Shown in pieces: positions 32,728 to 44,200 of a stretch of DNA of 64,000 nt (positions within the stretch are counted from its first letter, which is position 1; the number at the start of each line of letters is the position of its first letter). The notes below the pieces were generated by a model. That model did no database searches. It had not been told where the DNA came from and saw only the letters and a list, made by a program, of their open reading frames with translations. Position numbers and translations under genes: made by a program. The DNA lies in the NCBI GenBank assembly GCA_964036045.1, contig OZ038378.1, positions 7,130,001-7,194,000 on the forward strand, given 5' to 3'. The DNA is from Eutreptiella sp. 'Long Island Sound 2002' (lineage: Eukaryota; Protista; Euglenida).

Positions 32728-35055
32728 ATGGGAAACCGTGGTGTGAAACCAAAGCCAAAGGCACCTGCAACCAGACTGCCAGCCAAAGGAAAACCGGGGC
32801 GCCCTCGCCGCACTCCACAACACATTGCAGACCCTGCGGGCCTGTGTGATACCTACGATGTTGAAGATATTATTGCAGAACGCATGGCAAAGAACGACAA
32901 AGGCAACAGTGAAAAGCAATGGCTGGTCCATTGGAAGGGTTTTCCTGCCTCCGCCCAAACATGGGAGCCGCTTGAGAATCTCAATGGCTGTGAGGCCTTC
33001 ATCGCGCGGTTCAACGAGGAGCGTGAAGCAAATGAACGGGCTGACCTCGAGAAGCGCAAGAGAACAAAAGATGCGCAGGAAGAAGAGCGCCAGAAGAAGC
33101 AAAAATCAGAGTCTGGGACTGCCTTATTAGATTCTGCCACGTCAGCACCACTGCACGCTCAAACAGGTCGGCGAACTTCGGTTGTCTGGACAGCTTTCAC
33201 AGAAGACGGTGAGGACCCAGGGTTTGCCAGATGTGTCCTGCACAGAGGAAATGGAGTCTGCGGCATTCGAATCAAACACTGCAGTGGCACTACGAATCTG
33301 CGTGCGCATCTGATGGCACATCACAAGGAGTGGTTCATTCAGGAGACGGAAAAAAAGTGTGACATGCAGGACACATTGGTGGCAAATGGCACTGGTGCTA
33401 TCGAATTACAAACAACACCAAAGTGGACTGCGCAGAAGATACATCTGTCCAATAGAAAACTGAGCTACTGGCTGTGTCGCCGGAAGTGTGCACCACACTT
33501 GGTCACTGACGAAGAGTTCAAGGATTTTTGTGATGAAATTTCATGCAGCAAGTATCAGCCCTGTTCTGAGAAGGAGGTACTGAAGCAAACTTTGGAGATG
33601 GTTGCAGCTGGCAGGGTCAACAATCGCAAAATCATCACACAGTTGAAGGAGCAGACAGTGAAGCCGAGCATGGCCTCTGACATTTGGAGTGACAGCGATG
33701 TATCACTGATGGGTACCTTTTTATACTACATTGACGAAGACTGGGAGAACCTGCACGCCATGCTCATTGGCTGTACAGGTTTCACTGGTGAATGGCATAC
33801 TGGCGAAAACATTCGAAAGCAAACCATGGGGGATCTTCTTACTGTTGGACTGACGTTTGAGGACATTCACGCCAAAGTTTCCGATCAAGGAAGTAATATT
33901 AAAAAGGCCTGGGGTGGATTGCCGGGTGGTTACTGCGTCGGTCACACCATCGAACTGGCAGTGAAGGAATACCTGCAAAGTGAAGGAATTTCTGATGTCG
34001 TGCAGAAGGCCAAAGGGATGACGACATATTTTCATAGATCAGGGAACCGTCTTGACCGGCTGGCGGACTTACAGAAACGGTTTGACATGCCTCAAAGGAA
34101 GCCACCACAAACAGGCAACTCCGTTCGATGGCACTACACACATGACTCCATGAATTGGTTCCGGGAGCAGAAAGTGATTGTTCAGAACTATGATATCAAC
34201 TACGGTGCTGAAGCGCGACATGAAGATGGACCCTATGCTGACAGTCACATGGACTACAATGATTGCAAGGTGAATGAGCACTCTGTGGCAGTACTTTATC
34301 CAGCAGCCACAGTGGTGAATGACATTGAAGGTACTCAGTATGTGACAGCATCGCTTGTATTACCCAGTGTGTACATGCTCATCCACAAGGTTCGCAAAGG
34401 TGAGATAGTGTGCAATTGGGACGACTCAATTGTTCAACCACAACAAACTACACCAGAGGTCAGAGCAGCACGTGCAAACCTGCGAACAGCTTTGGAGGAT
34501 CGCTTCATTAAGGCTCTGCCAGACCATGTCTTTGAACAATATAGTATTGCCACACTTCTTGATCTTCGATTGAAGTCCTTCAGTTTTCTTTCACAGGGAC
34601 AGAGGGACACTGCTGTTGAAGCCTTCAGGGCGCAATGGACACAGAAGTGGCAGCCTCAGCATGCTGAACGCCCTCAACCAAAACCTGCAACACAAAAGAA
34701 GACAGGACTGTCAGCTCTTCTTCCGGATGAATTCGAAGAGGCAGCAGGTCCACGTGTTCATGTTCCAGATTTGCAACCTGACGACGAACTGTCAGCATAT
34801 ATGGCACTGCCAGTAGAAGGCATGCAGACGAATGTCATAGAATGGTGGCGTCGACACCGAACTGTTTTTCCCAACCTGAGTAGGATGGCGCGACAGTACC
34901 TTGCGACGCCTGCCACTTCTGCTGGAGTAGAACGGCTCTTCAGCGCAGCTGGTTTGACGTTCGGTGATCTCGCGCACGCTATGAAAGAGGAAACGCTCGG
35001 CTGCAGGTTGCTCGCCGCATACAACTACACGCACGCTTTGTATTGTTATCCTTAA
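32728..35055 (+). CDS. hAT transposase with N-terminal AT-hook and chromodomain, BED zinc finger, DDE domain and hATC dimerisation domain (775 aa from ATG 32728)
   Basis: KPGRPRR; YDVEDIIAER..QWLVHWKGFPASAQTWEPLENL (chromodomain, 32854-33012); SVVWTAF..C..C..SGTTNLRAHLMAHH (BED); MASDIWS (D1); VSDQGSNI (D2); CVGHTIEL (CxxH); RW; WW..FPNLSRMARQYLATPATSAGVERLFSAAG (E). The ATG follows TTTTTGTCTCCTTGCAG. Confidence 0.95.
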   Translation: MGNRGVKPKPKAPATRLPAKGKPGRPRRTPQHIADPAGLCDTYDVEDIIAERMAKNDKGNSEKQWLVHWKGFPASAQTWEPLENLNGCEAFIARFNEEREANERADLEKRKRTKDAQEEERQKKQKSESGTALLDSATSAPLHAQTGRRTSVVWTAFTEDGEDPGFARCVLHRGNGVCGIRIKHCSGTTNLRAHLMAHHKEWFIQETEKKCDMQDTLVANGTGAIELQTTPKWTAQKIHLSNRKLSYWLCRRKCAPHLVTDEEFKDFCDEISCSKYQPCSEKEVLKQTLEMVAAGRVNNRKIITQLKEQTVKPSMASDIWSDSDVSLMGTFLYYIDEDWENLHAMLIGCTGFTGEWHTGENIRKQTMGDLLTVGLTFEDIHAKVSDQGSNIKKAWGGLPGGYCVGHTIELAVKEYLQSEGISDVVQKAKGMTTYFHRSGNRLDRLADLQKRFDMPQRKPPQTGNSVRWHYTHDSMNWFREQKVIVQNYDINYGAEARHEDGPYADSHMDYNDCKVNEHSVAVLYPAATVVNDIEGTQYVTASLVLPSVYMLIHKVRKGEIVCNWDDSIVQPQQTTPEVRAARANLRTALEDRFIKALPDHVFEQYSIATLLDLRLKSFSFLSQGQRDTAVEAFRAQWTQKWQPQHAERPQPKPATQKKTGLSALLPDEFEEAAGPRVHVPDLQPDDELSAYMALPVEGMQTNVIEWWRRHRTVFPNLSRMARQYLATPATSAGVERLFSAAGLTFGDLAHAMKEETLGCRLLAAYNYTHALYCYP

Positions 35056-35097
35056 GCGTGCGTATTTGTTGTTCAGATTCTGATCATTACAATCACC

Positions 35098-35235
35098 ACT
35101 TTTCCCAACCTGAGTAGAAAGGCGCGACAGTACCTTGCGACGCCTGCCACTTCTGCTGGAGTGGAAAGTCTCCTCAGTGCTGCTGCTTTGACGTTCAGTG
35201 ATCTCGTTGTCGTTCAGATTCTGATCATTATAATC
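35098..35235 (+). repeat. Diverged tandem duplicate of the transposase 3' coding end within the 3' UTR
   Basis: TTTTCCCAACCTGAGTAG..GCGCGACAGTACCTTGCGACGCCTGCCACTTCTGCTGGAGT repeats ~34865-34971. TTCAGATTCTGATCATTA occurs twice. Confidence 0.85.
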
Positions 35236-38200
35236 AGGATGATCATGCATCAGGTTCAGGTTCGCGATGGCGGTTGTACGCACTGTTTCATGCTGCAACC
35301 ATCGTCCATGTAACAGTCGTGGTGTCGTACCACACCGGCACTGCTCAGAAGCTGACTTTCAGACTCGTTTTTGCAACCTGTGTTTATTGCGATTTGCCTG
35401 GTGCTCATTAAACCCCGGTGCCTTTAAAAAGAAAAACCACAGTGGTGTGCATCATACGTTTTCGCTTCTTCTGCAGTTCAGCGACAGCTTGCCATTTTTG
35501 ATTCCTTGCTGATTGCACTGGCGGCTCAACTGTGGTGTGCCGCTGCGCGCCGAAATAATCGATTTGATTTCAATGCAGGTAGCAAAATAATCGGTAGATT
35601 GCAATTATTTTGTTTGGCTTGCCAATCATTGCCGATTAATCGATTAATCGCCAAAATCGATTCCAAACCTTAGTATAGAGGTATGTATGCGATTGTAGCG
35701 ATTTCTCGTCTTTGCCAGGAACAAAGTCTCAAGGGTCTTAAAGACCAAAAGCATAGTACCCCCTTCAACTAAGCATGGGACAAAAATTTTGGCGCCGTTG
35801 GCACCATGACCCCCGCACCGCTATCTTGCAAAACTCGGGGGGGGGGGGGGAGCAGGTCATAAAGCGCTCGCAGCAATATTCGGCAGTTCTTCTTCGGGGG
35901 GGCATACAAGGACAGGGCCCGGCCGCCCCCCCCATGTGTGGAAGACGGATGAAAACTTGCGGATCACAAAATATGGGTTTCTACTGTGGCAGACGCCCAA
36001 ATAAACGCACTGCGCACACACTGCGCTTAAGGGCCTCCCCCCATGGCTGGACAGAAAAATCTCACATAACATTTGAATGAAGCAAGAAAATTCCAGTACG
36101 GTGAGTAAACTGACAGCATCACTCAACAGTGGCACAAAACAGGCACAAATAAGAAATAGAAATGGCCCTGACCTGCACAATATGTGCAGACATGTCTGGC
36201 AAACCAAACCTTTCCCAGCTAAATGAATGCAAGAGACAAGTGTAGCCAGTTTTGGCCATGCTTCCACCATTGCATGCAAGAATTCCAGTTTGCATGCTTT
36301 CGGTCGCAATGTTCTGTTTTCCCATTCTGTTCTCCGACGGCAAACGCGGTTCAATCTGCCTTTTCCATACATGGTTGATCTGTTGATGCCAGTAAAAAGG
36401 CAGTGAACACCATTTTCTTCCACAGGATCACATGGCACAAATACATGGATAACATACATTTGGATGTGTTGTTTCAGCACTGCTGACAGATTCCATGAGC
36501 TTCCCAGGGATGGCCACAACCCTGGTATGACGGCAACCATGGCAGCAAATGAGACTGAATGGCCCATGCCCATGGGGAAACTAACAACCAGGATTCTCAT
36601 CCAGAAACCAATCCTGCCAGTTCACACAAACACTATGCACCACCTCGCAGGCACAGAAAACTGCTGCACATGAACAAATTTATCAAGCCAACCATCAACT
36701 GCAGCCAATTAATGGCAAAAAGGTAATTACATACCTGCCAATACATCACCTTTTTTTGGGGGGGGGGGGTCCTGTCATTCCGGGCCACGAACCATTCCCT
36801 GAATTGCTCGAATTCATCCTATGAGGTGACCAAAAACAGCTCTGGCCAGTAGTGAAAGCTGTTGCTCATAAAAGATGGCATCAACAACACACAACAATCT
36901 GCAAATCCAACGTCACGCATCCATCACCACACAACACCATGCATCTGGATACAATCACAAAAAATCCAAGCTGTTGATACATTCCGCAATCGTAGGTGTG
37001 CAAATGCATGGAAAATGGGATTCTGTGAGATCTGCATTTGACAGTATTTGACAATGACAACAAACAAAGACCAACATAGCTGTGTTGGGCACCATCATAT
37101 ATGGATTATGTAGGGAAATCAGGGCGACTCATGGTGCATGCATATGATGTGGGATATTCGATGGGGACGGTGGTGATGGGTGACTATTTCCGTGGCATGT
37201 GTGCACATGCATGTATTTACAGAATAACACAATGTATTTCATACAAAGGCCTGATGCAAATATGAATATACCACAGATGTACCTGACGGGCATCTGTGTG
37301 TTGCACTGGTGAAAAAGAGCAGTTTGCGACAGGATGATTGATAAGGTTAGCATGCCTGGGGAGCACTTCCAGTAGTGATCACCATGAATCAGCCGATTGA
37401 GATGGTTCGCTCCTTTGTTCATTGTGCCCCATCACAGGAATGGCATACAAAAGCATGCTGTCCCAACCATGCCCTGTATTGCAACAGCCACAAAAATCCA
37501 AATTGGTGAAAACATTTCAAGCAGGGCAGAGACCTATTCGGGTCCAAATTGCTGTAATATAGGCGTGTTGCAGTGGGGCGCTTACATGGTGGCGGCAACT
37601 GCAAAGGAAGCGGGAGGGGGAATGCCAAAAAAAAAAAAAAAACTACAGACAAAAAAACCTGGCAGCACCCTTGAGAGGCTTGCAAACCAATGGCAGGGTG
37701 GCTGGGAACTGGCCGCGTCATTGCCTCCTGATTCCATCGAACTTGAGACCAGCTGCTCCTCGTGTAGCATAAATTCAACACAACTTACTTCAAAACACTC
37801 CTACTTGGGCATCACTGAAAAAAATAATAAAGGGGTTATCCAGAAAAAGGATTCAGAGACAACATGCACAACCTTACAAAAATTGGTTTCCAAAGGGTGA
37901 GCAAATGTACTCAAAAAATGGAGCTCCTTGGCAGGGCCTCCCACACAGTCAATCAAACACTGGTTCCACAAAAGCGCAGCAGACACATGTGTCACATGTG
38001 CTATAGCTATAGCTAAACGCCTAACCTGTCTTTGAGCCCTGGAAACCCAGGATGGTATAAAACGCCTCCAAGCAGCTGCCGCAATACCAAAATTTTGCAC
38101 TGCGTATACACTGCATGAGTAGCAAAGCAGACATATGCTGGAAGAAGGAATGGCTTTGAAAACTGGGAGCAAAAGAAAGGGGGGGAACATCATGTAAATT

Positions 38201-41200
38201 CAGGATTCAGGGTCCAACACCTGCCCCTGCCCCTGCCCCCATGTACCCCCTCTCCGTGCCTTATGGATGCATACACAGTGCACCCTCAGAGTCAGCCTTG
38301 GCCACCCACCATACAATCATATGAGATGTGCAAAATAGGACGAAATGGTATGCATGACCAGGTGCAGGTGTGCACCCCTTTACTTGGAAGTGTCAACTTT
38401 CATGCAGTGTCATATTCGGTTACTAGGCGAGTTGCAGGTAAAAAGGGTCAAAACAGCATTAACTCTGTCGATGGTGAGCTGGCACACTGTCATGTACATC
38501 ATTCAGCTTATTGGCTGAACATCGGCCAACTTGGGTTTCGAGTGAACATGGACCCTCTGCAGCACATTGCTTCAGCAATTAGTGCACTACCAAACACTCA
38601 GTTTTACAGGAGAAAAACAAAAAAACTCGCTCAGCAAAAATGCAGGACAAAACAGTTGTCAATTTGGAGGTCAGCAGGTCACCGGGGCATTTGGCGGTTG
38701 ACGGAAGGCCATTCGCCAATCACCAGTCACAGTGGGGTTCACTGTCCACAAAAGCTGCCTTTTCTTGGGGGGAAAAAAAGGATAACGGTCCTTGTACCTC
38801 CATCATCCTGAAGCCAGGAATGTGAACCAGGTATAGAAAGAAAACATGGGTTATCAGAAACAGAATCCTGCAGACGGATATCAAAATAGCCATTTCCTTT
38901 GCGACTGAATCATTGGCTGACGTTGCGTTGTACCAATCAGGCTGCATACTGACTTCAGCGATGGAATTCCTGCACACATGTCAGGATTCGCAAGCAAAGA
39001 AGACACGCTGAACAAATCTATCACCCCAGACCACTGTTCATCAATCAAATAATTCATTCAAAAAGAACAGTATTTGTACAACCGCTGCATCTGTGCGTAC
39101 ATGCGCTATGCAGGCGGCTTCGGTGTCAAAAAAAAAAAAAAGCACTCTGCACTAACCAGCAGCATTTTGACAACCCTCATGCATCAGCTGCGCGCTGGAG
39201 CTTCAGTGAAACCACCATCATCCCAGACAGCGCGTCTCATTCACTTGATTGGACTTGACTGCACAACGGATACGCGTGTGTGCTTGCATGTGTGTGTAGG
39301 TGTAGGCACGTGCGGGGGGATGAACTGAAATGTCCCTGCACAAAGCCCGCCCCCAAAAAAGTGCTGTGCACCAGGCGCCACAACACTTGCCCTCCAAAGC
39401 AACACAAGCAGAGGCGTCTCCCAAATGTGCAATTTGACCGCCAACAGTGCAATCCACTTCTGATATCCTATGATATGCATTCACCCTTTGAGGCTACCAC
39501 AATGTGTCCCGCCAAAATCCCCTCCCAGTCATTCCCCCAGCCATGCATAAAAAGACACAGTCACTTCAATGACCATCTGTGGAACACATTTTGCGGGTGG
39601 TTGCTGGTGGCAGCCGCACATTCACGCTTGCCACTGACTGTGCAATAGACAAGTGGATTTCTCGGCAACTCCAGCGCACCACAGGCAAATTCTGACAGGA
39701 CCGCTTTTCATCGCGAGATGAACTGTTGGTCTGCTTTGACTGACCAAGCGTGCTCAGGTGCAAGCAAAAAAGTACCGGTGAAATACAGCCAAAGAGGATG
39801 AAGATATAAATCAACTTGACACACACACACAACATAGCAAACGCAACATCATCAGAATGCAGATGCAATGTTGACGAGTCCTCGCGGGCTCAAAACATGA
39901 AACCATGAAGAATCGCTACATTGGAGAAAAATACTGCAATGAGAAGCATTCCAACAAGAGAGGCATATGCACTGTTTCTTAGACAAGCATACTCCAATCC
40001 CAGCCCGCAAAAATCCAACGTTGAAGCGTTGGGCTTCATGGAGTGTGCCCCTTCCGAGCAACCATTTGTGCATTCAAAGGCAAACGCATCTTCGAGGCGA
40101 AGTAGTCCGCACAACAATGTCGTTTATGCCAAGGGTGCAGAACTGAGGGGTGAACACCATAGCAATGCTCCTGTGGCCCCAGGGGTACAACAAATCTCAA
40201 TGAGACTGGACCTGTTGGCCCTGATATGATTTCGTTTTGCCTCAACAGCCCAACCAGGAGATCGCTTTTGTGCTCAGGAAGCCAGTAGCAAAGAGTGCAT
40301 ACACATTTACACATTGACAAATTGACAAATCCTTTTCAAGGAGGCATGCACCTGAAAGACATAAACACTGCTGCGCACAACCAGGAGGACCCAATCGTCA
40401 CACCTTGGCTGTCAGTCTGTAGTTGCTGGCAGACTGTATATCTTCGAAAATCTGCCACAGCAGGTAGACGCGTAAAATGCCTCTTAAGATCCTGACGAGT
40501 CACGATCTGCCGCTGTCCTCCACTGTGGTTTGTTTCCTGGTTGGGCTGCCTTGAAATTCGTTGCGCTTGTGAAAATCGAATTCCGGTCAAATCGCGTCCC
40601 TCCTGCGAGAGGGTGCTGGGGAGGGGTTACGCATTGTGTCACCCTGTGTCACGCCCTCCAACGCTATGCATCAAAATCAACAGATGAGCTCGAGCTCATA
40701 TTCAAGTGTGAATCCATGACCACTGCAAGAGATCATAAAACCCACAATCGCCAACATGACCACTGCAATGAGCACGAGGGTGCCAACCAGCAGAAAACAA
40801 CATGTGAGAAAAATGATACCAACAGAATCGAAGGCGGCAGGTGACTTTACAATGCGTGCAGTGTGCTTGCAGCAGGAGCAGAGAAGAGAGGAGAGGAACA
40901 CGACAGGCAAAGTGGGGGATCGGCAGAAGGAAATGCGACCATTGGTTGCAACGGCCTGGGAGTCCTCCGTCCGAAGCGACACTTCTACAAGATTACGTAC
41001 AATGTTATCCACAAAATTTAGGCAGCAATAAACCCCGTTGCCAAGTGTAGCAACCTGGATTCAGTGATAAGACCATCCGGGAGCCGCTACTCCGCAGGAC
41101 TGATCAGGTGGATACCTCATTAGTGCCCACTTCGAGCAAGCAGGCTTGGACCGCCAAAATCTTGGGAACAGCCAGCCAACCCCATCAAGAGGCCGGCATC

Positions 41201-41201
41201 T

Positions 41202-44200
41202 TTACATCCGGGGGTATACAACTCCCGGATTGTGGCTGCCGATGACCTTCTTCAATTTGTCGTTCTCCATTTGCAGCAGCAGGAGCTTCTGCTGCATTTC
41301 CGGGAACGCGCTCGGTTTGAGGGCATATTCCTTTGTGAAGGGGTCCTGGCGGAACAGGCTTCGCAACTTCGTGCAAGCCTCTAACAGCGCCACTTCGTGC
41401 GGCTGGAATTGCCAGGTCTCGCCTACCATTTGGGCATCTGTGATCATCTGCAGAGACTCGATGCTGGACATTTCTGGGCGTGAACCCACCTCCATGCTCC
41501 CACCGGGTGGGAGCATCAAGCTCCTTCGACGTTCCGCTGGCTTGTTCATCCGAGCAATCATCTTCTGGACCTTGTCATGCTTTTGCAGGAATCTCTGAGC
41601 TGCCATTTCAGGCGTGAACTTCTGGGAGCTCGAGAGGCCAAGCCGCCTTCTCAGGCTCTTCCCCATCTTGTTCTTGTTTTGGGTGAGGTACGCGATCACC
41701 CGTGCCTTGGCCTCGGCCTTGGCCCTCTCGTTCCCCACACGCCGCCGGTAGCAGAGGACAATGCTCATGATAATCAACAGCACCGCGACTAAAACAGCCC
41801 CCACGCTGAAGTAAACCCACCAGGGGAAGGTGTCACTGACCTTCACGAACAAAGAGAACTGCATTTCGTCCTCAAGCCTGCAGATCGTGGTTTGCAGCAG
41901 TTGGCTGATCATTTTGTCGGCCTCTGGTGTTTTACATGTGTCATGCGCTGGAGTCCAACCGTCGGGGCTTCGCCACAACAGAACCGGAGGGTGAACCGCG
42001 TAATCAATCTTCAGGGCATCCAACCAGGAAGCACCTGCCTTTGCCACACTGACATCGGGGTATGGGACCTTAAGCTGAAGTGTCACGTCAGTGAGAGCCT
42101 GCAGCGCAAACTTGCCATGTTGAGGGGCCGTTTGGTCCGGGGTGAGTGACCGCAAATAGAACGCCGAGGGGCCAACGTATATTTGGGCCATGGGCGCACT
42201 CTTTGAAGGGTGCAACACCTGGTCTAAGGTCACGGGCTGGATCTGGAAGGAAGTTGAAACTGGCCCCAGAGCCCCTGCCTTATAATCCACGTACACAGAT
42301 AGGTTGCCCTCGTCCAGTGCAAACGAGATCGGGGTATCGGGTGTGGGATACGCCTTCGTGGGATCATATGCCACAGAGTAGCAGTTTGCGCCACGACAGA
42401 GACACTTGGTGTTTGGGTCGTGGCCAGTATAACCTGGCAGGCATGCATCACAGTCTGAGCTGAGACCTGTCGTCATGTCGTAGCCACTTCCCGGGATCGA
42501 ACTGTTGTAAAAGAACCGGCCCTTGATCGTGTTGTTGTGACACAGACATCCGTTGTCTTCGCACACCCCAGCATACCCGCCGCATTTTTCGTAGCAATTA
42601 CACTTGGTGCCCGACCATCCGGGGGCACACTGTTCGCAATTCGCCCCGGTCCAATGCCCTCGCGCGAAGTCAGCATAGCATTCGCATCCTGTGTCCTTGC
42701 AGGTGCCATGCCCGCTGCAGAGCCGTGCACCCACAGCAGCATTGGTTTCCCAGTTTTGAGAATCATCCAAGGTCCATGACTGCGGGGTTTGGCAGGCGCA
42801 TCCTGACTGTAGACCATTCTTAACGGGCCCGACCCAGCCGTCTTTACACAAGGTACACGCCTTGTTTGTTCCCACCGCCCCAGAAGGGATTTTCCAGTAT
42901 CCAAGCACCCCATCGGCATGGCACTGGCAGCCATCTACAGTACAGGTCCCATGGCCACACGTGTTTTCTGGCGTCGATTGTTGAGCGTAAATCTTCACTT
43001 TGGGGCAGGTGCAGCCAAGGTTCGGCTGAGCCCACCCGAGGACACACGTGCTACAGTCACTGCCGTCCCAGTATCCCATGGTGTCGTTTTGGAAACAGGT
43101 ACAGCCGGCCCACCCACAGGACCCATGGCCGCTGCAAACGGTGCCCGCGGTTTCGGCACAGAAGCAGCCTAGACCAACAAACCCTGCCTCGCACTCGCAT
43201 GTGCCGTCCGCTTGGCATCCGTAGCGCAGGACCCCGGCCACCATCGTCCTCTTAGGACATTCCTTGTAGCATTTACAGGCAGGGTACGACGCTGCAGAGA
43301 AATCAGCGTGGCACTGGTTGCACTCCACGCCACCGTATCGAGGATCGCAGACACAGTGCTGTCCATTGAATGTACCATGGCCTGAACAGCTCATGTTGTA
43401 CTTGCATTCTGGACCAAACCAGCCGTCAGCACATTGACATTGGCTCCTGTCACCCTTTCGTACCCAGTAACCAGCAGTGGGGCTGGACAAACAGTCGCAC
43501 CCGTCGGCTTCACATATCCCATGGCCATTGCACGCGGTGATATTGCAGTCGCAATTGGATCCTGCCCAGCCATCGGCACACTTGTTACAGCTGGGCCCCG
43601 ACCATTGTCCTGTACCTGCTGCGTGATCGTAGGTGTGGCAGGTGCAAGCGCCATTTGCAAATGCCCCATGTGAAGAGCACGTCACATTCACTGTACATAC
43701 GCCAGGTGGGTAAAAATTGGTCTTGCAAATATCACAGGTCCCTCCACTTGAGCTGCTGAAGTGTCCGTTGATGTCATCATCAAAGCAAGTCGTCCCACAA
43801 CCCCCTGCGATTGTGCATTCATTCGGCTTCGTGGTGACGTAAAAATTTGGGATCACTGGGTCCCCAACAAAAGTTCCACAATCGGCCCCAAAATAGTTGC
43901 TGTTGCAATTACAGCTTCCGCTGTAGCAGACACCGGCCCCAGAGCAGGGGAATCCATTGACAGTTGGACAGGACGGAGGGCAATCGCTTGCGCTGGGTGG
44001 AGAGGCAAAGTGGCCCATAATGGCGACAACAAACGGGAGATTATTGATGGCCCCAGTCGTTCCCTCCAACGTAACGGTGACCTGATACCTGTCCTCTTGC
44101 GCCGCTGCCAGATCGATGACTTCAATATTGTGCATCTTGTCGTACTCAGCCTGCAGATTGCCGTGCCACACAGAAACCCCACTGTGGAGCGTAAGGTCTA

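Larger units (their letters stand above)
31252..35672 (+). mobile_element. Full-length, structurally intact hAT DNA transposon (4421 bp)
   Basis: Perfect 8-bp TSD GTATAGAG at 31244-31251 and 35673-35680. TIR TAAGGTTCGGAAT vs TAAGGTTTGGAAT (12/13). Subterminal AATCG/CCGATT clusters at both ends and an intact transposase ORF. Confidence 0.95.

Noticed and set aside
35857-38980. Several 100-250 aa ORFs, including a possible transposase-like HSFSWERFGLPD fragment
   Set aside because: No consistent domain order or catalytic motifs; unassignable decayed sequence.
39600-41012. Hydrophobic TM-like segments on the minus strand downstream of the subtilisin
   Set aside because: Fragmented, with no supported splice structure or family match.
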